The notes: generated from the sequence alone by a model not told the origin. 64,000 nucleotides of DNA from Carcharhinus longimanus (GCA_030264375.1 JASCQW010000112.1:31452322-31516321); one strand, 5' to 3'; shown: positions 38,575 through 51,611, numbered from the stretch's first letter. Numbers and translations: made by a program.

Positions 38575-39319
38575 TTTTGTTTTTTTTTAAACAAAAGCTT
38601 GGCTCGAGGGATGACTTTCAATAGATCACAACGAGATAGCTGTTCTTCTACATATGAAGCCCTGAGCCAGAATCAGGTTGTCTATGAATATTTTAGCACT
38701 ACATTCCCAATGAACATGCTGTGTGTTAACAGGAAGGAGGCAGCACCCATCTGGCCGTGCTCCAGCCTTGAATCGAGTGGCACTCCACAACCAAGGTCAG
38801 TTATCCCAAGCCAACCACGGTGCTAGGGTATTGTTACTTTTGCGTGGGATTCTGACTTGGAAGCGTTCAGTCATAATTCCACAGATTGTAGCTTCGCACC
38901 ATTGGTTCCTCAGCCAATTTCACACACCAAATGTCTGAACCTGTGGTTCCTCTCGTAGTGAGCAGGATTACTATTGCAAAAACATTTTGTAATCATCAGT
39001 AGGATAAAACTAACCTGTCTCACTATGGTCTAAACCTAGCTCACATTCTCTATTAGTGGGTGAACAATCCAACACTTGGTGAATTCTGCTTAACAATGAT
39101 AGGAAGAACTGACATCGAAGGATCGCTATGAACACTTGACCACCACAAGCTAGGTATCCCTGTGATAATTTTTCTGACACCTGCTTAAAAACCAAAAGGC
39201 CAGCAGGATTGTGAGGCCCTGCTTTCATGGTCTGTATTCGTACTGAAAATCGAGATCAAGCAAGCTTTTGCCCTTCTGCTCCACAGGAGGTTTCTGTTGT
39301 CCCTGAGCTTGCCTTAGGA
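38575..39319 (-). pseudogene. Retrotransposed 28S rRNA 3'-terminal fragment (~730 nt) with A-tail
   Basis: The reverse complement matches the 3' ~0.7 kb of 28S rRNA, including the sarcin-ricin loop (gttcctctcgtagt at 38946-38959) and the terminal GATCTATTGAAAGTCATCCCTCGAGCCAAGCTTTTGT. An A-run follows at 38588-38575. It shows many CpG-decay changes and a 13-nt deletion, so it is not a functional rDNA unit. Confidence 0.93.
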
Positions 39320-40425
39320 AAAGTGGTTGAGGAGTATTTTGAAAAAGGGTTAATTGATTTGCTGATTATGACATAATTAGTTTCCAAGAAATGTCCTGCC
39401 CAGATGACCTTGGCTGTCATGGGGATGAACAGGTAAGAAGCAAAGCATAAATAGAAAGATAACTGCAGTAGGTTAAGCCTTTTTTTTTCCTGTTTCACTG
39501 TTTAGAATTTGTACAAGGAGAAGACAAGTATGGCTGTTTCTGAATGGAACAATTTTCTGTCTGGCAATCTGTTAACACATCTTGGTGTTGAATAATGTCT
39601 CTGAGAATAGAGCAGAGACTGTTATGGTATGTGTTATACAGTTGGAAAAGACAGAATACTGATGGCAGGAAGTATGAGGGATTGAGGAGTGGACGATACT
39701 CAATACTCCTGTTGAAGTGGTGCCTGAGCCCACCAGAGGGGAGTTTTCATTCTGTTGATCATGTAGAGATTCCTTCCTTGTTTTAAAAACAAGTTATCAG
39801 TCTCATAAAAACTTTTTGTTGCTAACATTTCTTCCATTGCTGTTGATCTAGTCCTGGATAGCTGCTGTGTCATTTATACTGTAAAATATTCTTTCTGCAT
39901 GGATTACCTTATATTTGATTATTTGGACAATTTTCATTTGGTAACCACTTACATTTGTAAAGCACCAACCTACCATTGTTTACTTATTCTGAAATACTGG
40001 TTTTGAACCATTCATGTTTCATCAAGGTTTATGCAGTACTGTACTGATAATATGTCCAAAGCTAATGTATTGTAAGTGAGTTTTCTATGTAGTTGTACAC
40101 GTAAGCACAGTTCACAGCCCCAAAACTTCACCCATTCCTGATTTAGACAGTTGAATTCTCATCTTTCCCTCTTAGAAAATGTGCACGGCGCATATGCCAA
40201 CTCATTACATGTGTAAGATCCCTGTTTGCAAATTCATAGTTTGGAAATTTGCAGGAATGGAACTTCCATGGACAGCAGTTGACTGCACACTATATTCTAT
40301 ATTGACTCTTTACAAATACAAATTTTGAGGGATATCACTGCTAAATTCAAAATTGGATGGAATTGTAAGAGCTCTAGGCTATCTAGCTGTTTGCATTTTG
40401 TAAAATGTTATTTGTTACTTTCCAG

Positions 40426-40489
40426 GAGAAAGAGAACTTCATACACTCCAGCTTAAAGGCAAAAGGAATGGGATTAAGAGATGAAGAAG
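40426..40489 (+). CDS. COA8: COA8 coding exon 3 (64 nt)
   Basis: ttccAG|...G|GTGAAT. Translates EKENFIHSSLKAKGMGLRDEEG (human [22 protein letters not shown]). Confidence 0.95.
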
Positions 40490-40649
40490 GTGAATAAATT
40501 ATTCTAACTTTCAATTTCAATTAGGTGTCTTGATGGGTTTTATTTAATGTGTCCAATTGTAAATACTGCATCCTTATGTAGAACTTATATTGTGAAGGAA
40601 GAAGATGTGTATCGAACTTAATGATATCAATATTGCTTAAAAAAAAGAG

Positions 40650-41040
40650 GCATACCGTCAAAGCTTTTTGACTTGACTCATCAGGTTACTCACAAGAATG
40701 CCAAATTTTAAAAGGTAACAGCAGTTTACACTGCATGTGAAAACTGGTGCTAATTGGTTGCCAAGCCATAGCAAATCCACCAGGCAGCTATTGTCCTAAG
40801 TGCTTTTGTTTATTCAAAGAAGTTGCAATGTCTAGACATATTCCTTTTGCCTACAGAGGACAGGTTCCTGCATATGACTGTATGTAGCTTTCTGCAAGCA
40901 TAAATGAACTACATTATGAGTCCAACTGATGAGCTTAAATTGGTTGTTCATTTAATTAGCACACTTGGAATTGTTCAGCACATAGTGCCCAATTGTGGGA
41001 TCACACCTGATGTTAGACATTATGTTCTGAATCTTGCAAG
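40650..41040 (-). mobile_element. Penelope-like element, GIY-YIG C-terminal fragment and terminus
   Basis: The minus strand translates to IGHYVLNNSKCA...EPVLCRQKEYV, typical of the PLE endonuclease C-terminus. A decayed CTGATGA motif follows at about 40685. Confidence 0.7.
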
Positions 41041-41099
41041 CTTTAGTTGTGTACGGTCAAAATAGAGTTTAAAAGCTGGATGCTAGCCTCTAGTTTGGT

Positions 41100-42650
41100 A
41101 AAGAATGGTGATACATTTTTAAGTCCAGATGGTGAGTGGCCTGGAAGGGAACTTCCAGATGGTGGTGTTACCAGGTATCTGTTGCTCTTGTTCTTAGTGA
41201 TCGTGTTTAGAAGGTGCTGCCTAAGGAGCCTGAGTGAGCTCATGGTGTAGGAAGTAACATATTGGCTTTTATTGAAAATTAGCTCGGAAACAAAGAGTTG
41301 ATATAAATGAGTCTTTTTCTGGTTGGTAAGATATGATGACTGGTGTGCCACAGGGATCAGTGCTGATGCTTTACCTTTACAATTTACATAAATGACTTGG
41401 ATGAAAGGATTGAAGGTATAGTTGTTAAATTTTCTGATGACACAAGGATAGTAAACAGTGCTGCCACTATTTGTTGGTGATGAAGGGAGTGAATGTTTGT
41501 GGAAGGGATACCAATCAACCAGCTACTTTGACCTGGATGGTGTTGACTGTCTTGAGTGTTGTTGGAACTGCACTTATCCAGGTAATTGGAGAGTATATAT
41601 ACACCACAAGACAACACACCCCTCACTTGTGTCTAGCAGGTGGTGGACAGACTTTATGGAGTCAGGAGGTGAGTTATACACTACAGGATTCACAATCTCT
41701 GATCTGCTCGTACAACCAGAATATTTATACGGTTAGTTCAATTCAGTTTCTGGTCAACTGTAACATCCAGGATGTTGTTCGTGCAGGATTCAGCTATGGT
41801 AATGCCATTGAATTTCAAAGTTAGATTCTCTTTCTTTGGAGATGGTCATTACCTGGCACTTGAAGGGTCCAAATGTTACTTGCCAATTGTCAGCCCAAGC
41901 TTGGATATTGTCCAGGTCTTATTACATTTGGGCATGGATTGCTTCAGTATCTGAGGAGTCGCAAATGGTATTGAACATTGTGCAGAGATCAGAGAACATT
42001 CCCCCTTCTGATCTTATGATTCAAGGGGAGATTGTTAATAAAGCAGTTGGAGATGGTTAGGCCTAGGAAACTACCCTGAGGAACTCCTGCAGTGATGTCC
42101 CGGGAACAGCAGTGACTGACTCCCGAAACCACAATCATCTTCCTTTGTGCCAGGAGTCACTCCAATCAGCAGAAGGTTTTCCCCCTGATTCCCATTGACT
42201 CCAGTTTTGCTCCTTAATGCCATACTCAGACAAATGCTGTCTCGAAGTCAAGGGCAGTCACTTTCACCTCAGCTCTGGAATTCAGCTGTTTTATCCATGA
42301 ACCAAAGCTGTCGTGAGGTAGGGAGCTGAGTTACCCTGGCGGAGCCCAAATTGAGTGTCAGTGAGCATATCATTGCTAAGTAAGTGCCACTTGATAGCGC
42401 TGTTGATGAGTCGTTTCATAATTTTATTGATGGTTGAAAATAGACTGATGGAGCATTAATTGACCAAGTTGGATTTGTCCTGTTTCTTGTGTGCAGCATA
42501 TACTTGGGCAATTTTCCATACTGCCGGCAAAATGTCAATTTTGTAGCTATACTGGAACGGCTTGGCTAGAGGCATGGCAAGTTCTGCAGAATAAGTCAAT
42601 AGCATAACTGTTGTCAGAGTATTGTCAGGGCCCACGGTATACACAGCAAG
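41100..42650 (-). mobile_element. LINE RT/3' fragment with a nested + strand CR1 RT piece (~41250-41450)
   Basis: Minus-strand peptide AELAMPLAKPFQYSY...PAVWKIAQV..HKKQDKSN. The nested piece encodes GVPQGSVL and KFSDDTR. Confidence 0.75.
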
Positions 42651-43700
42651 CAATCTTTGTGAAAGTGAAGGAATCATTCAACGTGTATGGAATACTCACT
42701 TAGAACTGGCTGTACAAACTCACTTAACCATTTGGCCAATTTATGATGTGTGGAACCAGTCATAGGTAAGATAGAGCATAATGAACATTACTTTTGTGTG
42801 TCTTGGACAGTCCGTACATGTGTGGGCATGGTGAGCCAAGATTATGAATCCTATATGTATACCCCCTCGTGCAAGTGTAACAGAAGATTTTGTAACTTGC
42901 TTTTGAACAGGGCTGTTTGGTCATGCTTGCTGGATACAAATTTTGATGGGTCATTAGGAATGATGTGCATTTTATCAAAATATGCTTGTAAGGATAATAA
43001 TCCCAGATCATTTGTCGAACTTTCAAATATATTGGCCCTGAATGTGCTAATGCAGCATGAGAACAATGCCATGTTCATGTGCACATTTGACATTACAGCA
43101 CTCTGTAATGTGCTGCTGAAGGAAGCCAGAGACATTTGTGCTGCATCACAATATCATGGCAATCTAGACATGCCATCATGTCCTGAATCTATATTAATTG
43201 ATCTTACGAACTTGGCAACTCACATAGTTGAATTCTGTTTTAATGACACTACTGGACTATGTTGCCATGAGATCCCATCAAGGGCCAGGTTGCATTAACA
43301 TTTTCGCCACTTTCTATGAGAAACCTATTTTTGATGGAATGACCCCTAACCTTCTACCCTTGCATATTTCTGATACATAGATGACACGTTTGCTATGTTC
43401 CTTACACATCATAATGTGCTCCATCTACACTCAAATTCAGCTTTAAAATGGAGCAGTCGAATGAGCTCCATTCCCTTGACATGCTAGATGAGAAATCTGC
43501 TCATGCATTCTCTACTCCAGCCTATTGCAAACCTACTTTTGCTGGTCAGTATATGCGTTACGATTCCTACAGTACCATGCTCTACAAAACTGGCCTTATC
43601 TACAATTTTGTAAATAAGGTCTGCTCACTGTGCAAGCTTGCTGCTGAAATGGATTGCATCAAAGCTATCCTGTGAGATAGTGGCAACCCTGAGTATTGCT
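42650..43700 (+). mobile_element. Penelope-like element, degenerate reverse transcriptase
   Basis: Fragments translate to FDITAL..., ATHIVEFCFND, AMRSHQGP (vs AMGSPLGP), YF*YIDDTF and YCKPTFAGQYMRYDS, which are PLE RT motifs broken by stops and frameshifts. Confidence 0.85.
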
Positions 43701-43780
43701 GTATATGAATTTCAGTGCCGGTAGATAGACCATATGTCCAAATAACGAGTGGATTGTATCAAACAGCATGTCTTTTAGCC

Positions 43781-43912
43781 AAAGCAAAATACTGTGGATG
43801 CTGGAATCTAAAACAAAAACAGAAAATGCTGGAAAATCTCAGCAGATCTGACATCATCTGTGGAGAGAGAATAGAGCCAATGTTTTGAGTCTGGATGACT
43901 CTTTATTAGAGT
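43781..43912 (-). mobile_element. Short Penelope-derived terminal repeat family (representative copy)
   Basis: aaagcaaaatactgtggatgctggaatct...cagaaaatgctggaaaatctcagcag motif. Further copies at about 8397-8530, 16107-16223, 23377-23470, 24364-24460, 29662-29795, 32410-32505, 52480-52570 and 55170-55335, often as inverted pairs. Confidence 0.7.
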
Positions 43913-45200
43913 TTCAGTAAATGAATGCAAGATCAAAATCTTCAACAGCAATATTCAAGTTCTGTACTATCAAATGACTATAAATTATATCACTGAAGAT
44001 AAAGTGCTGTACAAAGTTGGGTTGAATGACTGATAGGTATGTCTTTTCACATTTGTAAATTTGTATATTTTTCAGTCATGTGCAGATTATCTGAATTGTT
44101 GCAGATTGTTAAGTTGTTAACCCTGTTCATGCATTTCTGGCATAAACATTGGGAGCTAATTTGGGCAGTAACAGCTCTTAGTGGAAAATATATGGGGGAC
44201 TAATATGTGAGCCCGCAACATTTTGGTATTGTGGATGTTGGACTCTTCACATGCAGTAACCCATTTTGATCAGCTTTGTGCTTTTGGACTGCATTAACTC
44301 CACTACCAAGAATTTGTATTGCTGTCTGGTAACAGGCTGTAACTTTGTACAACATTGAAACATTGGCCACCCACCTTAGTTTTAAAAAAAACACTTTTTA
44401 AAATTTTAGGTTATCCCTATTTCCTTTTTAGAGTTCTCACCGGCAGTCCACACTGCAAATCTTTTTCAAGTGATATTCTGTAGCTAGCCACTAGGAGGTG
44501 TGTAAGAGTGTCCTGATTATATTTTGTGCTTTCTCCCCGTGGAGTAATGTGTCTCAGCAGTTGTGATTTTTTTTCGCATCAGTTGGGAATTCCATTCACC
44601 AGTGATTACACCCAGGACATACCTGAAATTAAGTATCTTTATAGGCATTAATGGTGGTGGTGGGGCGGGGGCAAAGTATACTATTTAAATTGAATTGTCA
44701 CGAATAAGGAATATTTTTCACAAAGCTGAAAATGTTAAATACATGAGATTTACAAAATACATGAGTTACAAAACAATCCTTTTTCCATTATGATGTTTCA
44801 GTTTAAGTATGAATTTTACAGACAATTGTCATTTTCCAGCAATGTGATGAGTTTAGGTATTTATTATATTGCACCAGATTGAAAGAACATGGAGTCAAAA
44901 ATTGGGCTAGTTGTCCTGTGTTTTATCATGTGTGCCAGCTGTGCAACTGGATTTATCTACTGTAACCTTATTCCTCCATCCTTTTCACATATCCATATAT
45001 ATCCACGTTATATATTCTTCTTTTTCAAATAATTGTGTACTTTCTGACTTGATCATTTATAATGAAGCAATGTATATTCTAATAAACCTGTTTCAAAACA
45101 TATCATCTTAACGAAAATAAGAGAATGCTTATCTTCATACTTAGTGACGTGAGTAGAAAATTGTAAGAATCTCCTGGTTTTCAACCAGCACCCCCCTCCT

Positions 45201-45515
45201 GGCGGCGGCACGGTAGCACAGTGGTTAGCATTGTTGCTCCACAGCTCCAGGGACCTGGGTTCGATTGCCGGCTTGGGTCACTGTCTGTGTGGGTTTCCTC
45301 TGGATGCTCCAGTTTCCTCCCACAGTCCAAAGATATGCGGGTTAGGTTGATTAGCCATGCTGAAACTGCCCCTTAGTGCCCTGAGATGTTTAGGTTAGGG
45401 GGTTAGCGGGTGAGTATGTAGGAATATGGGGGTAGGGCCTGGGTGGAATTGTGGTCAGTGCAGACTCGATGGGCCAGATGGCCTCTTTCTACACTGTAGC
45501 ATTTCTATGTTCTAT
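45201..45515 (+). mobile_element. tRNA-derived HE1/V-SINE-like SINE with CR1-type tail
   Basis: A box gcacagtggttagc, B box ggttcgattgcc, central gggtttcctctggatgctccagtttcctcccacagtccaaaga, and tail gggccagatggcctc...ttctatgttcta. Confidence 0.85.
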
Positions 45516-45807
45516 TTTTAATGGAATGGCTAATTAGACAAAAGTCACTCATTTGCTATTTTCAATTGAAAAAAAATTGTCCTGACACCTAAAATGGAAT
45601 AGTGTGAATAGTGTTTATCTTTTTGTATGTCTTTCTTTGTGTTTAATAAAATGAACAGCTCAGAACAAATGATAAATGTTTCTAGTTGCTAAATGCCTGT
45701 GGAATGCTTTTTACTCATCGAGGTAGTTAAGTTTCATAACAGCTTACCATGAATTCATATATACTACACAATGCTTATGATTTTAATTGATCATTTTAAA
45801 TTTTCAG

Positions 45808-45898
45808 GGAGAAAAAACACTCTGAGTGCAGAAGAGATGGCTGAATTTTATAAAGAGTTCCTTGAAACAAACTACAAAAAGCACGTGGACTATAATAA
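45808..45898 (+). CDS. COA8: COA8 coding exon 4 (91 nt)
   Basis: ttttcAG|...AA|GTAAGT. Translates [30 protein letters not shown]. Confidence 0.96.
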
Positions 45899-46539
45899 GT
45901 AAGTAAACCTACTAATTATTTTTTAAAATAGTGTAAGCAATGTAATTGCTGGATCGAGTTTATGAAGGAGGTTAATAGTGTAATAGACTGTATTGAAATG
46001 TAATTCCAGGGCCGAAGGAATAATGTTACTGAAAGCAATCATTCGGTGAGTTAGATGTACCTATAGTGATTAAAATAAATAACTCCTGTCTTTACAATCT
46101 ATATGTACCCATCAGTATTAAAGCCTGCCCCATAAATCTGAAAGCCTCGGCGTATTTCACAAGTAGAACATTTCTGTAGTATTGTGAAGTTATTCCAGAG
46201 TGAAGGATAAAACTGACCAGGAATTGTAAGGAAGCCCATTTCTTTCTCTGTCCAGTGTCCCTCCAAATGTAAATTGTGGTGAGGTGAACAATAATCATAT
46301 GGAAATAAATAGAGTTCAATAAAAGTTTGAGATTCTGTTCAAAGTTCTTCATTTTAACCTCACCTTAATCATGATGTTATTATTTTTGACAGGTTATAAG
46401 TAAACATATTTGTGCACTGCAAAGGTAGAAAGGATTGTTCAGAATTGTATTACTCCTTTTAGTTTACTGCCTAAATTATGTGTAACATACTGAGTGTTGT
46501 TTAACAAGTGACTATTTTTTTCCATATTCCTTTAATTAG

Positions 46540-46642
46540 GGAATGGTACAAACGTAATTTTACAATCACTTGGTTAATGGGTCGAGCAGTGCTGCAAAGT
46601 GCCTGGAGAAAACTGAGATGGAGAAAGGAAGTCAGACAGTGA
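46540..46642 (+). CDS. COA8: COA8 coding exon 5 (terminal, to TGA)
   Basis: ttaattAG|G. Translates EWYKRNFTITWLMGRAVLQSAWRKLRWRKEVRQ*. Joined CDS is 174+198+64+91+103=630 nt (209 aa). Confidence 0.95.
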
Positions 46643-46869
46643 AGACTTGGTTCTGTGAATAGTCTAAATGGACTTAAACACTCGGCGTTGCAATCTAACT
46701 TTGCCATCAAGCTATTTAAATTCAGTTTTAACTTTAGCATCACACAGGATGAATCATTTACAGAATTATTATTAAAGTATATATTTTCCATACTTGTGTA
46801 TGTATTTTTGTTTCAAAGTCTATATCTGTTCAAAAAGGCAGACAGAAGGTGTGAAACTACAGACCATCG

Positions 46870-47265
46870 GAAGAGGTACAGGCAACTTGATTGAAACATT
46901 TAAGATCCTGAGGGGTCTTGACAGGATGGATGTACATTGGATGTTTTCTCTTACGGGAGAATGCAGAACTAGGGGATCACTCTTTAAAAATAAGGGGTCC
47001 CCCTTTAAAATGGGGATATGGTTAAATATTTTCACTCAGAGGATGGTGAGTCTTCGGAACTCTCTCTTCCCAGAAAGATGGTGGAAGTAGAGCTTTTGAA
47101 AGTTGTTAAGGCAGGGATAAATAGATTGGTAAGCAAGAGGTTGATATATTGTCGGGGGTAGGTGGGATGAAGATTTTAGGTTACTACCAGATCAACCATG
47201 ATCTTATTAAATGTTGGAGCAGGCTCAAGGGGCTGACTGGTCAATCCTGCTCCTTGTCTGTATGT
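46870..47265 (+). mobile_element. CR1 3' fragment just downstream of the COA8 stop
   Basis: GNLIETFKILRGLDRMD...GECRTRG peptide and CR1 tail ggagcaggctcaaggggctga. Confidence 0.8.
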
Positions 47266-48129
47266 TCAGCAGTTTCCAATAGTATGACAAGTGATTACAT
47301 TGGTTTAACTCTTAAATGAATTACACAGTAACCAGAAATTATTTTTTAATGAAAAATGGGAGAAAATTGTTTTTCTGGCATGTTATGATCTCAATAAAAC
47401 CAGTAACCTTTAAGAAAAAGAAACACCAAACATTTACTAAAAGAATGAAGCCATCAGCAATGGCAAACTTACACTTGGGAGTGGGTAGGGGGCGCAGTGC
47501 TCAACTTTATTTCTGGCCCTACCGCCCCTACCTATAGCACAATGCCCATCCCCAATGACAAATGGTGTTACCCCTCCCCCCGTTCCCAATGATGTCACAC
47601 CCACCCCGATCATGTTGCAGCCACCTGACCCTGCCCATCCTCATTCCGTAGAATGTAAAGATGCAAGTCACAAAAATATACACGTTGATCACTTTTTTTA
47701 ACAACAAAATATGCCTGTAATTGTTAAATTGAAAACCAACCCTACCTGTTCTCAGATTAGGTTTGGTCAATATTGCGATGTGTGTTAGGGCCAACAAACT
47801 TCGGGCTGGCTGATGAGCAACGAGATGGAAAAGTCAGCTGATGACGACTGCAGCATAGGCCAATGCAGGACACAATAAGCCAGAAAAAGTCCTGTGCAGG
47901 AGCAAATGCTCCAATCAAATGGAATCCTGTGAGATCAAGTCCAATATCAGTGGCATGGTAATAAACCTGTTTGGACTTTAAACTGGCGTTGTGGGATTTC
48001 TTTATGGTTTTGTCTGACAGGATTCCGATCTTTGTCCTAGAAGGCCAGTCTTGAGAGTGACGGGGGATGGCAGTTAGAACGATATGCATGTGACCAGCAG
48101 CCATTATATTTGACAAATGGTGGTCCCTT

Positions 48130-49330
48130 TTGAAAACAATTCAAACAAGAGAATATCGAAGAGGCACATATTTTTAAGATTTTCTGACTTCATTCCTTGT
48201 TGGTATGGAAATTTAGATAGCTTTTCTTCTACCCTTTTTCACAAAATCATCAATTGTATCACTTAGTAAAATCTTGTAAGGACACGTTTGCCCTTGTCAA
48301 TATTGCTGAACTTGTCAAATGTTTCTGACTCATCCTACTTCGCAAATCATTTTTCAGTCTTATCAATATAGAGAAAGAATGTTCACTCGAAGCATTATCA
48401 GAAGTACCTTTTTTTTGTTAATATTCGTGCTTCTGCTTCCACTGAACTATAGTCATTTTTAACTTTTATGACAAACCTTTTAACTGAGGCTACCAATTGT
48501 GCAGCATTCAATAAAGTTATATCAACATTTTGCAGCAATTTGTTGATGGCATTAACCTTTTAAAGTAAATGATTCCACAAAGCAGTAAAAACAGCAATAT
48601 CATACTTTTCAAACTTCTCTGCTAAGGATATTGCTTTGGTTTCACATGTGGTTTTTCTGAATTTGATGTGGCTATGTCTGATAAGGTTTCCTTTATGTTA
48701 ACAAAGTTCAGTTTCAAACCCAAATAACCATCTGCATAAACAGACCCCCTAGTGGCACAAATTCTTTTGACTTTCAAATGTTTTCCCTGTGCTTGCTCCA
48801 AATGTAATTGCAAAATGTTCCACTGATGCATGAAAACTGGAAAAAAAAGGCATACAAGTTTTGAACAAAGTCAAAAAGATGTATGGTCTTCTCATAGGAT
48901 TCAGCTGCAGCCTTGCAGATTAAATTCAAGAAGTGACCTGGTACGTGGGGTGAATCATGCACAGGGGCTTGCATTGTTCAGTCTTGCTTGTAGACCTGAA
49001 TATTTTCTTGCCATTTATTTGACATAATTGAAGCTCTGCTCATGACAATTTTTAATATCCAAACTTAAATTTGCAATGATTTTCAAAACTGTTAATTTCA
49101 GACACTCAGACATGTGGGATTGTAGTCTAACAAAACAGAGAAATCACTCTACAACTTCACTATTGCTGGTCACATATCTTAAAATTAATGTTAATTGGTT
49201 CACAAAACTCTCATCTGATGTTGAATCAACCATTATGAAATGGTATTTAACACCTTTTACTTCATTAGTGAATTGGTTTGTGAGCCACTCTGCCATTGTA
49301 GTGATGAAGTTGTTGTAGGTTCTATGCATT
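48130..49330 (-). mobile_element. hAT (Tip100/ZMYM1-like) transposase remnant
   Basis: Fragments KYHFIMVDSTSDESFVNQLTLILRYV, PHVPGHFLNL...AAES...FDFVQNLYAFF and CATRGS match the hAT D-(S/E)TxDxS..QL...RYV, CxxHxLNL and TRW motifs. Broken by stops and frameshifts. Confidence 0.85.
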
Positions 49331-51555
49331 GAAACCCACCCTTCTCAGCCCTGCCCTGGGGGGGTCAAGATTCGAGGCAAAGCTGCTCCCCTCAACAACT
49401 GCTGGGTAATGCCTGCCTGCCTCCTTGCTTGGTCCTCACAGGCATGGACCCCTGAGGCAAGCTCAATGACCTGGCTATTGGCTCAGGGGTCAACAGGTTT
49501 GCCCGGCTGTCTGGTCTCCACAGCCCTGAGTTAGAAACCCAGCTGCTGCTTTTTTTAAGAAATATTTTTCAGGGATTCTCATTTCTGCTCTCTGTCCCTC
49601 CAGTCACCATCGCTTCTCAAAGATTTTGGACAGTTTTCCCACTCCAAAGGGACTTGAAGGACTTGACCAATCAGACCCCAATGTTGCGCTGCATTGCCTG
49701 CATTTGTATTTCATGAGTCTATCAGCAAATCCAGAGCTTTCAAGCTCTAACTGATGCCCCCAAAGCCACCAGTCAGCAAGCACATCCCCTCCTACACAAA
49801 TGGTTGGGGCCCTATGCATAGGCATGATGTGTTTCATTGTAAGTCCATTTCTAGCCATCACTTCCTGCACCCAAATTCATATCCTCTGCATTAGAAAGCA
49901 TCACAGTTCACATCTATAGACTTCTTCCTTTGCTGGAAGCCGCTTAAACCATGCGTATATTTTGTGGAATACTGAAGAAGGAGTGTATTGCTGCATTGAA
50001 CAATGTTCTTTGCTGTCTTACCTTTCTATCTTTCTTACCTGATAACTTTGTTTATTATCTGACCTATGATTAATGGAAATGTGTGTCTTCCTGTTCAAGT
50101 AAGTTAGTATTTTTTCTAAATTGGTACTTTTTTTTTCCCCTGGCCTTAAGTTAGTATCTTATGCTAGTGTTCTGCTTTGCAGGCACTCCAGTTACTTTCC
50201 CCAATGGACATATTTAATAAATGCACTAAAATGGTACCAAGAGGCCATTTACCAATTTTAATAATACAGCTGAGACCAATCTCTGTATCCACACACATCA
50301 TTATATAACAATTGGAAGTGGGAATTCTGACTGATTCTTCCTATCCCTAATTCTGAGGCATGAAACCATTCATTGAGAAAGTATAAGGGCAGAATCTTCC
50401 TGGTCTGTAATTAATAACACACCATATCATGCATTTTTCCCCTAGGTGATCTGGGGATCTAGTTGAATTTTTCTAATCTATTGCTGTAATAAAACTTTGT
50501 TTTTTTTTGCTCTGATTGTATGTGATATTGTTGTATCAGAGAATTTTGGATTTATATCCTGGTTCCTCTTGGCCACTTCCATTTACTTTATCAGAGGTGG
50601 AGACAAAATCCAAAAACTGTAACACTTGCTCCATCCATTGTGCCTCTTGTAATTGTTAGCAGAGCCAAACCTGAACAGGTAGATTGAATCTGTGGTGCAT
50701 TATTTCTGAAACATACATATTTTACTCTGAAAATACAGCTGCTCATTAGAAGGTACCCATTCTTTGGTCTGTAATTGATATGATTAATATGGCTGTGCTA
50801 GTCAACTTCTGGTGACCCCAAAAACTCAGTGATGGTGGTGCTGTTTGAGATTGGGGTGGGGGGGGGGGGGGAGTNNNNNNNNNNNNNNNNNNNNNNNNNN
50901 NNNNNNNNNNNNNNNNNNNNNNNNNNNNNNNNNNNNNNNNNNNNNNNNNNNNNNNNNNNNNNNNNNNNNNNNNNNNNNNNNNNNNNNNNNNNNNNNNNNN
51001 NNNNNNNNNNNNNNNNNNNNNNNNNNNNNNNNNNNNNNNNNNNNNNNNNNNNNNNNNNNNNNNNNNNNNNNNNNNNNNNNNNNNNNNNNNNNNNNNNNNN
51101 NNNNNNNNNNNNNNNNNNNNNNNNNNNNNNNNNNNNNNNNNNNNNNNNNNNNNNNNNNNNNNNNNNNNNNNNNNNNNNNNNNNNNNNNNNNNNNNNNNNN
51201 NNNNNNNNNNNNNNNNNNNNNNNNNNNNNNNNNNNNNNNNNNNNNNNNNNNNNNNNNNNNNNNNNNNNNNNNNNNNNNNNNNNNNNNNNNNNNNNNNNNN
51301 NNNNNNNNNNNNNNNNNNNNNNNNNNNNNNNNNNNNNNNNNNNNNNNNNNNNNNNNNNNNNNNNNNNNNNNNNNNNNNNNNNNNNNNNNNNNNNNNNNNN
51401 NNNNNNNNNNNNNNNNNNNNNNNNNNNNNNNNNNNNNNNNNNNNNNNNNNNNNNNNNNNNNNNNNNNNNNNNNNNNNNNNNNNNNNNNNNNNNNNNNNNN
51501 NNNNNNNNNNNNNNNNNNNNNNNNNNNNNNNNNNNNNNNNNNNNNNNNNNNNNNN

Positions 51556-51611
<56 letters not shown>

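Noticed and set aside
38591-39319. Functional rRNA gene or contaminant
   Set aside because: It is a 3' fragment only, with CpG decay, a deletion in a universally conserved region and an A-tail, and it is embedded in a COA8 intron.
42750-43298. 182-aa ORF as a host gene
   Set aside because: It is a decayed Penelope RT fragment with adjacent stops and frameshifts.
45201-45280. tRNA genes at SINE heads
   Set aside because: The A/B boxes belong to tRNA-derived SINEs that continue into the SINE body; there is no full cloverleaf.
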